Below are positions 6,317 to 17,100 of a DNA stretch of 27,940 bases, piece by piece. The stretch covers positions 1 to 27,940 of IMG/VR virus record IMGVR_UViG_3300038566_000168, one strand, 5' to 3'. The notes under the pieces were generated by a model. It was given only the letters and a program-made list of their open reading frames with translations. It searched no databases and was not told the DNA's origin. The DNA is from a virus. Its lineage: Duplodnaviria; Caudoviricetes. The first letter of the stretch is position 1; each line of letters starts with the position of its first letter. The translations under genes were made by a program, and so were the position numbers.

Positions 6317-9300
6317 TTAAACGATCCCTTTCTTAGAGTTTCCACGTCCAACAATGGTGGATATTTGATAAGCTCTTACGGTTACCGGGTCGCCGGGTGA
6401 GATACCGTCCGCGCTTTGTTCTGCACTAGTGTATACCACTTGTGTAGCGCCAACCACCTCTAAGGTTCTAACGGGTGTATCGACCCCGCCAACCTCTAGG
6501 ATAATATCAATCTCATATTTCTCTGACGCTTCCGACATACCAATATCGGAGTTATCCACAAATCCACGGAACAGCCTGTCTTGGCGCGTCCATGAGATAG
6601 TAAGATCGCCGCCGCCATTACGGCTACCTGTGAGGTGGATCGGGGAGAACGGGGTAAGGCGCTCGCACTCGTTCGTAAAGTAGGTAACCGGAGTCATAGC
6701 CTCGGTGCTATCATAGGTGATGGCCTTAAACGGAATTGAAACGTCCTTACGAACTAGCTCATCGTCAATGCTAAGCATCGACAAGTCCGAGAGTAGAACG
6801 AAGTCCTCTCCGGTAACATGCGTGTCGGTAATCTCTGGACGATCCGTGTCAAGTTGCCCGCGTAGCATACCGCCGTGTAGTCGGTATCTGTTATTCCCGA
6901 GATAGTCCGCAAGCATGAAGGATACGATTTCTTTCCCTATGAGCGCAGCATTACCGGAAGCAAACAGTTCGTCCGCTGTAATCGATTGCAAGGTGTCATC
7001 CTTGTTATAGAGTTCAACGGTAATATCGCTATACATGTCCGGTAGCGCACAGTCGGGTGAAGGTAGAAGGGTGCCGCTGATAATTCTCCCGATAACAGTG
7101 CTAACCGAAGTGCTTGCCAAGTTATCGTAGCTGGCCCCGCCAGATAGGCTGCGTTCGACGTCACACCCGCCCCATGCGTTAGACGTACCACTGACCGCAG
7201 CATAGAACCCGGCATCATTATCGTTACCTAGGAGGGGAGGAAGGTTAAGCCCGATAAACTTGGTTGGACTAACCCTGTTATCGACACCGGATGATAAGTA
7301 GGTGCTGCCACCCGCCGATAGGCTAGTGAAGTCAACGACGTCTCTTGTGTGCGCAGGCGGATCGATAACGCTGCCGCTAATCTCAAGGATACCGTTAGCC
7401 CCGCGCGTGACCTCGCTTACCTTAACGGTAAATCCTTCGTAGACCATCTGAGGGTCGTACTTATAGGATACGACAAGCTCGATCCCGGTGTATGCGCTGC
7501 CGCCTAGGATAGCTGCGGCGCGTTGAATGCGCCAAAGGCAACGAACCCACCTATCGTTAGGCCGTAGCTGCCCGCCGACGGTCCCGTACTTGAATTCGCT
7601 TGTATCACCGTAGATCACATTGGTTGCAGCGAAGTGATTGTAAATCTCCCCTAACTGAGGCGACCCGTCCTCGTTCTCCCCGATACCGACGACAAAGGTG
7701 GAAGCTGTGACGAATGCGGATAGGTCGCGTACCCCAAGTTTAAACGATACGTACACATTCCCATTATCGATGGCTTCCTGTGGAACACCGAGTGCCAGTA
7801 GATCAAAATCCTGCCATATCGCGTAATCGTTAGACAGTCCCGTTTCAATAATGTAGGGAACCCCGTCTTGCTCTGATAGATATACGTTAGTGAACAGCCC
7901 GTTGCCTGCGGTGAAGTTGCCAATCGATAGAGGCACCGACGTACTATACCTGCTAACGTTCGGGTCCGGTGCAAGGCCGGGGAGGATAACAACGTCTATG
8001 TTTGGTGTAATCTCTTTCGATGACGTGGCATAGTCCACGACCCCTTCGCCTTTATTGAAGGTGACAACGTCAGTTGGGGATATATAAATGTCGCGATGGG
8101 GCAGGGAGAATTTTGCAGTAATGCGCTCTCCCCACGCTTGGCGTAGCATGTTCTGCGCCCACATACGCATCACATGCGGATAGGATACGATGGCAACCTG
8201 TGTGCTGGCCTTATTCAGCGCTTTGCTTACCTGCCGCGAGTACTTCGCAGTGTTGGCCTGATATTCCCTGCCGGGGTCGCTAAATACCGCTTCAACGCTC
8301 TTCGGCATTTCGAGAGGGTCGCCGTACACAAGCTGTACAATATCCTTCGTGCCAGACCCGGCTTCGGTGGCACCAAGATCGTCATACGGTATAGCATGGT
8401 CCGCCGCGCGGGCATATGGACGAAACACGATCTTGTCGTTTATCTCAGCGGCATCGATACGGAATGCGGATAGCAGAGTTTCCATTGCGGCCCGGTAGGA
8501 CGTCGAGTTACCGACGGAATACCCGGCAACATAGCTTTCAATCCCCTCGGTAGGGAGTTCAGAAATATCGTAGTGCTTTTCTTCCAAAGTGGCACGCGTC
8601 ATGAAGTCAACCAAGACCGTACCGATCCTGTCATTCTCATAACGCACAACCTCGAAGGTAAGGTTAGGCGGGCGGGAGCCAAAGTCCGCCAAGGCCATGT
8701 GGTCAAAAACAATATGCGCGCGGTTCTTGTACGCTGGCACCTCACCGCCGACGACCTCGGACATTAGCGGGTCTTGCGCTTGATCCGAAGTCCCGCGATA
8801 GAGCGTTATCCCATTCGATTTGTCATAGGAGAAGATCGACTTTGGCGACCAATCGTTTAACGCGGCGAACAGGTTGTAGTAATCAGTCCATCCACGCACG
8901 GACGGGCTGGGGTTGTAGGTGAAGGTGGGGTTAAACATCAACCCTAGTATGTCGTTATAGACGATTTCACCGTTCTCGCCAGTTTGCGCAATGATGGCAT
9001 TCTGCTTATCAAGCGCGGCGAGCACGTCATAGTAGGATGGTTGATCTAGGGCATTATTTTGAACGGACTCGCTATCGCTGTCCGATACCGTCCAATCGAT
9101 GATGATACCTTCGGGGAAATACATATCCGTATCGCGCAGGTTGACGTACCCCGGCATTTTCTTCCGTATTGCAACGCGGAGAGTACGTGTACCCGATGGA
9201 ACCTTTGCCCTATCCACCTTAAAGGTGTGAGGCGTGGAAAAGTTAATTTCGCTGGCGATGGTGGCATCCCACGTATCTTCGAAGTAATCGTAGTTGTACA

Positions 9301-10381
9301 CCCCTAGGCACTGCACATATACCTCGTAGCTCGCCGACGAACCATTGTCTGCGAAATATATTTTCAGGGAAACGTATGCGGTGTCTCCGCGATCAAGAAC
9401 CTCGTTCGGGATACCAAGGCCAGTTTCAGAAATATCGTAATCGCGGATGAGCCAGCTAGACCCATATATCCTATCAAACCGTAATGTATGCGTCAGCGGG
9501 TCAATAGAAGCATCCAGTGCACCGCCGGGAGCGTCGCTGATATAAGACCACGCATCGAACGAGTTCAAGTAGGCAACTGTCTGCCCGTTTGTTACCACGG
9601 GACCGTTAAGTGCAACAACTTCCTGATCGGTGGACGAAGTGATTGGAGTGATAACGAGGGCCGGGTGATCATACTCGTAATCGTTATCAACCTCGACCGT
9701 GCTACCATTGTAGGCAACGCTGCTTGGGGTCGGGAAATAATAATCCGTAACAGGGTCACGCCAATATACAATCCTGCCCTTAGCTTCTGCATCGGAAGCT
9801 TCGCCCGCAGATGCGACGTCGAAAGAAACGCCATTGTACAAGTAGTAGTTCCCGTCCGACTGTCCAGCAGGATCAAGTGTCCATGGAACCTTTTTAGGAT
9901 CGTACATCGCCGCTTTATAGCGATCTGGGTAGGGGAAAGCCCCGACCTTCCCGGCGTTCGCTTCCGTATCAATCACAATGGAGTCGCGAAGACCCCTGAT
10001 TAGTTTACCGTCCGCCCATATGCGCGCAACACCGATGATAGGCCCTTCGCAAAGAAGGACGTCCATATCGATGTAGTAGGTGTATGTCGTTACCTTTTGC
10101 TTGGCACCCTTGCTCCCCACTTTCTTAGTTTTCTTGACCTCGATAATCTCGGATGAACAGATGATGTTCCCCGATACGCGATCCGCTCCGTACACTAAGG
10201 GTATGGGAACCCCAACGTCTGCCCGTGTGGTGCTAAGGTCGTCTAGGCGTGGCCCCTCAACGTCCTGCGGCTTCGGTGCAAACAAAAGCTGATCGATATA
10301 AGAGCCAAGCATAGAACCCAGAAAGCCCCCGATGGGGCCTAGGAGAGAACTACCGATGGAGCCGAGAATTAGTGAAGCCAT
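6317..10381 (-). CDS. Central tail fibre / host-specificity protein (Phage-tail_3, RcGTA g15-like), 1354 aa
   Basis: Motifs EGPRL...PIPLVYG..RV.GNII, LCEGPI.GV.RIWADG, YRGT.DQ..DP...VPAY, FG.RPPNLTFEV, LRGQLDT and ISWTRQDR...ESEKYEIDI-like C-terminus. Confidence 0.9.
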   Translation of the reverse strand: MASLILGSIGSSLLGPIGGFLGSMLGSYIDQLLFAPKPQDVEGPRLDDLSTTRADVGVPIPLVYGADRVSGNIICSSEIIEVKKTKKVGSKGAKQKVTTYTYYIDMDVLLCEGPIIGVARIWADGKLIRGLRDSIVIDTEANAGKVGAFPYPDRYKAAMYDPKKVPWTLDPAGQSDGNYYLYNGVSFDVASAGEASDAEAKGRIVYWRDPVTDYYFPTPSSVAYNGSTVEVDNDYEYDHPALVITPITSSTDQEVVALNGPVVTNGQTVAYLNSFDAWSYISDAPGGALDASIDPLTHTLRFDRIYGSSWLIRDYDISETGLGIPNEVLDRGDTAYVSLKIYFADNGSSASYEVYVQCLGVYNYDYFEDTWDATIASEINFSTPHTFKVDRAKVPSGTRTLRVAIRKKMPGYVNLRDTDMYFPEGIIIDWTVSDSDSESVQNNALDQPSYYDVLAALDKQNAIIAQTGENGEIVYNDILGLMFNPTFTYNPSPSVRGWTDYYNLFAALNDWSPKSIFSYDKSNGITLYRGTSDQAQDPLMSEVVGGEVPAYKNRAHIVFDHMALADFGSRPPNLTFEVVRYENDRIGTVLVDFMTRATLEEKHYDISELPTEGIESYVAGYSVGNSTSYRAAMETLLSAFRIDAAEINDKIVFRPYARAADHAIPYDDLGATEAGSGTKDIVQLVYGDPLEMPKSVEAVFSDPGREYQANTAKYSRQVSKALNKASTQVAIVSYPHVMRMWAQNMLRQAWGERITAKFSLPHRDIYISPTDVVTFNKGEGVVDYATSSKEITPNIDVVILPGLAPDPNVSRYSTSVPLSIGNFTAGNGLFTNVYLSEQDGVPYIIETGLSNDYAIWQDFDLLALGVPQEAIDNGNVYVSFKLGVRDLSAFVTASTFVVGIGENEDGSPQLGEIYNHFAATNVIYGDTSEFKYGTVGGQLRPNDRWVRCLWRIQRAAAILGGSAYTGIELVVSYKYDPQMVYEGFTVKVSEVTRGANGILEISGSVIDPPAHTRDVVDFTSLSAGGSTYLSSGVDNRVSPTKFIGLNLPPLLGNDNDAGFYAAVSGTSNAWGGCDVERSLSGGASYDNLASTSVSTVIGRIISGTLLPSPDCALPDMYSDITVELYNKDDTLQSITADELFASGNAALIGKEIVSFMLADYLGNNRYRLHGGMLRGQLDTDRPEITDTHVTGEDFVLLSDLSMLSIDDELVRKDVSIPFKAITYDSTEAMTPVTYFTNECERLTPFSPIHLTGSRNGGGDLTISWTRQDRLFRGFVDNSDIGMSEASEKYEIDIILEVGGVDTPVRTLEVVGATQVVYTSAEQSADGISPGDPVTVRAYQISTIVGRGNSKKGIV
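6977..6990. promoter_or_regulatory. Intragenic motif copy TGTAATCGATTGCA
   Basis: One mismatch from the perfect palindrome; inside the central fibre gene. Confidence 0.6.
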
Positions 10382-10382
10382 T

Positions 10383-10874
10383 TTACACCTGTGAAAGTTC
10401 GTTTAGCCGCCATACCTGATGGATACGAGGGAGCCAATAAGCGGCATCGATAGAGCACTCGATAACCCCGCGATCACGTCTTGCATACGAATGTATCATA
10501 GTTGTTCGACCAATGCGATCACTACCCGTTATAACCGACAAGTGGCGAGGATGGCCGGGGGCATCGATCCAGAAAGACAGAATATCACCGGGCAAGAACT
10601 GGTCGAGAATTCCGTGCAATCGATTGTAAGCCATTGGATAGGCGAAACCGGATAGCACGTCCGTGAACATTTCATCGTCCGGTGTTCTCGCATAATTCTT
10701 TACGATAGACCGAGAGTTATTGTTGATCCCCACGTCCTCTGTGGCACAGATAAGCAGGCCAGCACAATCGACCCCGCCTTGGCGGCTGCGCCCTAGGTGC
10801 CTGAACCTTGTCCCTTCGTAGCTGCGGAGGGCTTTTACCCACTCTTCACGTAGGGTATCAGGTGTTCTTAGCAT
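10383..10874 (-). CDS. NlpC/P60 tail-tip peptidase (RcGTA g14-like)
   Basis: GTRFRHLGR...GVDCAGL (catalytic Cys), PGDIL, HLSV, IHSY. Lies between the hub and the central fibre. Confidence 0.9.
   Translation of the reverse strand: MLRTPDTLREEWVKALRSYEGTRFRHLGRSRQGGVDCAGLLICATEDVGINNNSRSIVKNYARTPDDEMFTDVLSGFAYPMAYNRLHGILDQFLPGDILSFWIDAPGHPRHLSVITGSDRIGRTTMIHSYARRDRGVIECSIDAAYWLPRIHQVWRLNELSQV
10615..10628. promoter_or_regulatory. Intragenic motif copy TGCAATCGATTGTA
   Basis: Exact copy inside the NlpC/P60 gene, encoding YNRLH. Confidence 0.7.
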
Positions 10875-11724
10875 CTGGGTACCTCGCCAAAAGATCGGAG
10901 CCTGTGATATATGGCTCTGCACCCATATTCTTAACGTTCCCGTAGGAAGCGCACGCATCGTAGGTCTTTGCGCACCCTTTAGTTATCTTGGCGGTAGCTC
11001 CCGTCTCGATTGGGTATGGCATTGCCATGAAAAGCTCGAAACGATTTGCGATCTGCCGAACAATCTCCATTTTCAGTCCAGCATTTTTACCGCTGGTGAA
11101 TTCGATCAAGCCCCATTGGTAAGGCGACCCAACATAGTCGGCCAGTGTCCCGATATAGCAAACCTTCGCTGTAGCAGACAATCCGATGGTAACCTCTTCG
11201 GTGTTGTCGGCTAGGTTGAGTGTGCAATCCGCATCACAGAATTCGTATCTGCATTCAAGCGAGGTTAGGCTTGTGAAAACTTGGGCGAGGCGTTGGGCGA
11301 TACCGCGAAGGTCCGTCTTATAGGAAATCCCCGTCGTGGTAATGTCGCCAATCCATGCAGTCCGAAGGGGAAGTATGCCAATGTCGAGATTGGTCCAGTA
11401 GGCGAGGAACAGTTCGACCTTAGCCGACTCGAACAATCCGTTTTCCAAGTCGAAGTCCGTTATACTGTCGTCTGTGATCACCCCTTCAATGTCCATGTTG
11501 GACACGGCAAGGCCGCTGGTCATTTCGAGAGCATACATTTTGAAGGAACCTGCCGCCTTGTACGTATAGCGCACGCCGTCCTCTTCAATGAGCCGTATGT
11601 CTTCATCATGAGCCGTGAACCGAAAGGCTTTACCATCGTCACGCGTTACCTTCACGCATTCCGCGTACTTGGTATTCGTGCGCTGTAGCCTATCGAACAT
11701 TTTTGCAAACTGTGCGCGGTTCAT
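10858..11724 (-). CDS. Baseplate hub protein DUF2163/BR0599 (RcGTA g13-like)
   Basis: TRDDG..FRFTAHD, GLAVSN, GLFESA.V, CRYEFCDADC, G.IEFTSG.N.G, GCAK....C...GN..N.GAEP.I.G.D. Confidence 0.92.
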   Translation of the reverse strand: MNRAQFAKMFDRLQRTNTKYAECVKVTRDDGKAFRFTAHDEDIRLIEEDGVRYTYKAAGSFKMYALEMTSGLAVSNMDIEGVITDDSITDFDLENGLFESAKVELFLAYWTNLDIGILPLRTAWIGDITTTGISYKTDLRGIAQRLAQVFTSLTSLECRYEFCDADCTLNLADNTEEVTIGLSATAKVCYIGTLADYVGSPYQWGLIEFTSGKNAGLKMEIVRQIANRFELFMAMPYPIETGATAKITKGCAKTYDACASYGNVKNMGAEPYITGSDLLARYPDAKNT

Positions 11725-12866
11725 TAGTCGAAAACCTCTTTTAAGGTGATGTTGGTAAAGTCGGCCTGTACGCTATCCCGTAGGCCCGCTTTAATTTCAC
11801 TGGTGGCATTATCACCGTCGGAGAACCGCACAGGGACATAGAAGTAGAACCCCGCCGTAATGGCGGCACCAGTGGGAGGCAATGTCTGTGTAAGGGTGAT
11901 CGGCTGTTCAAGTTCGTCTGCAACAGTCCATGCGGTTTGATCGTACTTTTCAAATACGAGCGTAGTGTCCGTTGTCGATACGACGCGAAGAGGCATTGCA
12001 CCCGGTTCAACGTTATTGCTAGCGTGCAAGGTAAACCCTGTCATATAGAAAAGGTCATTGACATTGAGGGATGCGAAGGCAAGCGCACCGGGCTGGCAAC
12101 TCAAAGTATTACCTGTGAGCGCTAGGTCCGCCGTAATATCGCCAGTGGCCTTTGTGAAATTCAACATACAGCTTGTGTAGTTGTAGTTCCAGTTAGTCAC
12201 AGTAAACCCGTCAACCGCGACGATCAAAGTACCTTCCATTGGGTACTTGATACGACGGGTCTTTGTTCGCGATGACTGCTTATACGATTTGTACAACGGG
12301 TAGGCGGAGACAGTGCCGACCGCAGATGCGACAAACTGGTCAGTCGCGGATACGTCTTTCAGCGACATTCCGTCGTCGGTGTCGGCGGAGGTGTTGTCGA
12401 GCGGGTCCATAAACAGGAAAGCCATCGCATCGCCCGAGCACACATGCCATATACGCATGATTTCGGCAACGTCCGGTGCTTCAAGGTTTTCCATGTTGAT
12501 ATTGTACTCGTGCTTCGGGTACCGCCAACGGCTTTGGCGCGCTTCCATGCCCGACGCAACTTCGACTTTTTCTGTCTCATAATGAGGATTTCCCGTACTT
12601 CCATAAGAAAGGCAACGGGGGAATATAATATCTGTGTAGACCATATCGCTATCCTCTGCGTTAGGCGCTGTATCGGTTAGGAGGATTCCTCCTGTTATGG
12701 GGTCCATATCCGCCCGCATAAGAACTTCGGCGGATATGGAATGCAGGTTAGCGGCTGACCCATAAAGCATGGCTTCGACCGCTAGCTCCCAAGCATTAAG
12801 TCCATTCAGGGCATTACCCATGCTCGCCGAGACGGACAAACTGTGGAAAATGTCGGTGGTAGCCAT
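11724..12866 (-). CDS. Distal tail protein DUF2460 (RcGTA g12-like), with N-terminal extension and an internal insert
   Basis: FPRCLSYGS.G.P...T......SG.E.R..RW, FLFMDPLD, PP.GA.ITAGF.F.VPVRF. TAATG overlap at 12866. Confidence 0.88.
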   Translation of the reverse strand: MATTDIFHSLSVSASMGNALNGLNAWELAVEAMLYGSAANLHSISAEVLMRADMDPITGGILLTDTAPNAEDSDMVYTDIIFPRCLSYGSTGNPHYETEKVEVASGMEARQSRWRYPKHEYNINMENLEAPDVAEIMRIWHVCSGDAMAFLFMDPLDNTSADTDDGMSLKDVSATDQFVASAVGTVSAYPLYKSYKQSSRTKTRRIKYPMEGTLIVAVDGFTVTNWNYNYTSCMLNFTKATGDITADLALTGNTLSCQPGALAFASLNVNDLFYMTGFTLHASNNVEPGAMPLRVVSTTDTTLVFEKYDQTAWTVADELEQPITLTQTLPPTGAAITAGFYFYVPVRFSDGDNATSEIKAGLRDSVQADFTNITLKEVFD

Positions 12867-14083
12867 TACGAGTAGACTCCGATCCACATTGTATTCATTC
12901 GGGCGACCGTTAGCTCACTGGCATAGACGGTATTGAACAGGGCCGTCCGCACATAGCGCTCGCTACTGTCGGGTATGGATATGCCGATAGAGGTGTTATG
13001 CCCCACGACGCCTGTATAGTTTGCGATGATATTCATCGTTCCGGCCCCTTCGGTGACTGACACGGACGCGGTGACCTTTACGCAATTTACTGTCGTGTAG
13101 GCAGCGGGTACGTCGGTAAGCTCGTAAAGGTCGCGCTTATCTGGACCGTCCGCGCTGATGTAAGTTAGATCAGCTTCGGAGGGATCGACGAGGCCATTGA
13201 CACACTCGTAGTTTGTAGCCTCGCCGTTCGCTGTCCATGCGGTTTCGGCGGTAGGCCCTGATAGCTCAAAGCGTTTGATGTGCTGTGGCCCTAATATCCC
13301 GGCGTTGGCCCCCGTCGCGTTTCCGATGTACAAGTCATCGATGCTCATATCATACCCGCCATCTGGGAAGTATGCCGCCATCGGATTAACGATAATAACT
13401 TGGTTGATGTAGTTTTTGTTCGGGTACGCTTGCAGTGCGCCCGCCGTCACTTGCTCTAGTAGGGTAACCCCGTTAACCGCGATAGATGCGACGGAGGACT
13501 CTCGCAACAATGTAACCTGCGCCTCGATATACGTATACCTATCGAAGATGACCGCACCGGGAGGGGTGGCAAGAGTCTCAATAACGGCTGGATCAGTAGG
13601 GGCGGCTTCGTCAATATCGAAAACACCATCGGAAAAGAACACAGCCCCGGTGCGGCCAAGCCACAAGGTTGTTTGCTGGTTAATATCGACACCATTATCG
13701 TACTTGAACACAGCAAGCGGGATAGCCCGCAGCGGGGCTTTCGAAAACTTGACCGCAATCCCGATATTAACCGTTGACGTGTTTTGCACGTAAACAGATA
13801 ACCCTAGGTTACTGTTAGAGTTGAAATTCTCCGTTACAGGGTCGGTAACCGCGACGGGGCGCTTGATAGTTAAGCATTGACCATCGATACGGGGGCTGTC
13901 CGTTGTGACCAAAGGCCCCGCGAGAAGCGAGGCCACGTCCGTTTCGTCGATAAACCACTCACTTGATCCGGTGACAGGGTCGAACTCAAGATACTTTTTT
14001 ATGTCGGTGGCAACCAATGCCTCAGTAGCATAGTCCGCAGTCGGGCGGATAAGCTCGAAGCCCTGCATGTAAGTGATAGCCAT
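12866..14083 (-). CDS. Tail-associated virion protein with a ConA/LamG-like domain, 405 aa
   Basis: MA.TYMQGFE start, YIEAQV...IAVNG, IDDLYI....G.LGP. Lies between the tape measure and Dit genes; GAGGA RBS. Confidence 0.65.
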   Translation of the reverse strand: MAITYMQGFELIRPTADYATEALVATDIKKYLEFDPVTGSSEWFIDETDVASLLAGPLVTTDSPRIDGQCLTIKRPVAVTDPVTENFNSNSNLGLSVYVQNTSTVNIGIAVKFSKAPLRAIPLAVFKYDNGVDINQQTTLWLGRTGAVFFSDGVFDIDEAAPTDPAVIETLATPPGAVIFDRYTYIEAQVTLLRESSVASIAVNGVTLLEQVTAGALQAYPNKNYINQVIIVNPMAAYFPDGGYDMSIDDLYIGNATGANAGILGPQHIKRFELSGPTAETAWTANGEATNYECVNGLVDPSEADLTYISADGPDKRDLYELTDVPAAYTTVNCVKVTASVSVTEGAGTMNIIANYTGVVGHNTSIGISIPDSSERYVRTALFNTVYASELTVARMNTMWIGVYS

Positions 14084-14098
14084 TGGTACGATCCTCGC

Positions 14099-14112
14099 TG
14101 CAATCGATTGTA
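14099..14112. promoter_or_regulatory. 14-bp palindromic motif copy (TGCAATCGATTGTA)
   Basis: Between the tape measure stop and the next RBS, 15 nt upstream of the ATG at 14083. Confidence 0.8.
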
Positions 14113-14115
14113 GGG

Positions 14116-17100
14116 TTACGTATTCTTCTGGGCTTTTTTGAGAAGCTTGGCAAGTTGCTTGGCATGTTGGTTTGCCGTGCGCCCGAAGCCGTCTCCGCCA
14201 GAGTTTCCGTTCATGTTATAGCTGACTGATAGCGTTGTCTGCCGGTTATCCGAGTTAGTGACTGTCCGCTGTTGTTGCACAAAGTCCCGAGCCGTAGTTC
14301 CAACCCCTGCGCTCTCCATGTATTTCGTGGTTGGGGCAATGAAGGTACGGTAAGGATCAAAGTTACCAGATGAATTTACCATGCCGCCGTTTGCAAAGGC
14401 CGGGGCCGCAGTTGACTTGCTCCCCATGCCCGCTACTAGCGCGAACAAGGCTTTAGTATCGTCCTTCTTTACCTTGCCAGAGTTGATAGCGTGCAGCAAG
14501 GGAAGGAATTCTTCGGTAGCTTTGGAGTGTACCACGAATTCCTTATTGGATAGCCAAGCAAGGATACTATCGCTAGTCCCTGTCCCTTTCCCGGTAACTT
14601 GTCCGCCGTCCGCAAACCCGAAGGCTTTACCTAGGAAGCCTAGGGCCTGACCAAGGAAGCCGCTGCCACCGCCGCCGCTGATTGCGCCTAGGGAGCTACC
14701 GCCTGCCGAACTGCTGACGGGCGAGAAGCTTACACCGCCAAAACCACCAGACGCACCACTACCGCTCTGCACGGATTGGATCGCCTGAGACAATGCTTGG
14801 GAAAACTTAGTCCCGAAGTCATTCAGCGTCTTCGTGATATTTGTGGCAAACTCTGTAAAGATTTGCTCTAGCTTTTGCGCGGCTGCTTGCATGGTTTGCG
14901 CGATGGGGTCGGTACTATCCCCACCCGTGCCACCCGTAATCCCGCCAAGTAAACCGCCACCTGCTGCGGAGCCGCCTTTAGTCGTGGCCGAGCCAACGAC
15001 GCCGGGGGCAACGTTACTGGTCTTGGCAGTTGATTTACCGCCTAGCCCCAAGGCGCTCATTATCCCGCCAAGTAGACCACCGCTACCAACTGATGGCGTT
15101 CCGGTGCTTCCGAAGCTGGAAGGCTGTTGCGCGTTACCGAAGATCGACCCGCCCCCGTCAGTGAGCGAGGAAAGCGCCTGCTGTAGGAAGGACTTTGTAA
15201 ATCCTTCGAAAACTTGCTGGGAAATTTTAAGCATCGTTTGCTTGAAGTTCTCCCATGCATTTTCGTTATCAAAGATAAAGTCCGAGATACCCGACGTTAG
15301 GGCATCTAGCGTCCCGCCAACCGCTTCCTTGGTAATATCCGTAAGCGTAACAAGATCGCTCTGATAGTCAGCGAAGGCTGCGGCAATTCCAGCACCTACC
15401 TTGGCGAAGGTATTGGCCGACTCCGCCGCCATATCCTGCATATCACGGATAAACAAATCAATCGCATCGGAACGGCGCTTCATCTGTTCCGTAAAGGAGT
15501 CCGCCGCATCGATTTCTGCTTGCTTGGTTTTTTCGAGGTAAGAAAGTGTTTCCTCGTATTGCGAACGCATGGAAGTGGTAAGATTGCCGCTCCTATCCGC
15601 ATCTTCCATTTTTTGCTTTAGTGCTGCAATCTTAGCGTCATACTCAAGCTCAGCTTTGCGGGTATCCACATCTAGCGAGATACTGATCCGCTCATTGATA
15701 GATAGGCCGCGTACCGAGTCCGTGTAGACCTGCTTAGCGTCGTTAAGTTCCTTCGCAGCATCACGCAGAGCCTTAGCCGCCTTGCGGGCATCGTTTCGTG
15801 CTTTATTAGCGGCCCCTTTAGCCCCGCTCTTCCTGCCGGACTTAGCTCGTGACGTAGCTGCCTTCTCTGCCGTTTGTATGTTGGCCGTCGTTTTATTCAG
15901 GCCAGCGATTACAGTGGCCTGAATGTTCTCCATGGCTACTTCTGCAATACGCTGTAGACCGCCTAGCACGTTTGCAGGCAAATTGAGTGCATCGCCGATA
16001 CGGTTGACTAGGTTAGTCATTAGCGCATCGTACTTTGCAAACTCCGCTTCTGCGATAGCGTTAATCTCTTCTGGCGTGGTGCTGCTATCGATCTGAGAGG
16101 ATATTGCCTCTTTCAAAGCGTTCCCGTTAAGAATTTCACCAATGTCCGTACCTTGAAGCGTTAGCGGGTCGATACCCATCCCATTGGCGGCTTCGTCGAT
16201 GATCCCCTGCATACTGCTGCCAGCGTCCTGCAATGTAGCAGTAAGCCCGCCTAGCATCTGGTTAATTGCATCGTCGAATGCGGCTGAGTTCGTTTTAGTG
16301 GCCGAGTTCAACTCTTTAAGAAGGTCAGCATTACCGATTTCCGTGGCAAGCTTGAGGGCTTCCCCTACGTCCTTTGTAAGCGAGAGTTGTGCCTGCTTTG
16401 CCGCAATGTGCAGTTGGTCGGTTTTAGCTTGTACGGATGCAATCGCCGCATCGACATTGATAAGCTGTTTCTGTACGCGTTGCTGTAGTAGCGGAGCTAA
16501 GAATGCCTTTATGTCCGAGTCTTCGGTTCCGCCTGCTTCAAGGATAGCCTGTGCAATCATTTCTTTCGAGAAGGGCATACCTTGCTCGATCTTTGCCATG
16601 ATAATATCGGTTACACGTTTACGGTCGCCGCCGTCCGTGATCCCCGTATTCAGGGTATCCGAATACTTGCTAAGCATACCGGACCATTCCGCATCACCGC
16701 TCGATAGGCTATTCAGGTAATCTAGGATCGCATTTCGCTGGGCAGTAACGGCCTTGCTTCCGCCAGCTACAACTTCCTTCATCTTACTGCTGAGTTGGAA
16801 ATACTTGTCTTGGAAAGCTTGAAGCTTACCCGCTGTTTCCGCATCAAGATCGGTGCCGTCAAGCATAGCCTGTGCTTCTTTAGCGGCTTTCTTATCTCCG
16901 GCCTCGACGGAAACTCTAAGGTCTTTAAGAAGGTCGGCGCGGGCTTGGAACAAGGCGGCAAGCTGCGGCTCTGCATCCTTGAGGGCTTTTACGTCCTCGC
17001 TTAATTTATCACGAGCCTGACTGATATGGTAAAGCGCCCGCGTCGATACGTTAACGGCATCAACCGGGTCGGACTCGGTGTACATTTTGGACAGGGCATT

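Noticed and set aside
6317-12866. Gene transfer agent cluster
   Set aside because: Only the tail tip is GTA-like. The head module, very long tape measure and spanins indicate a phage.
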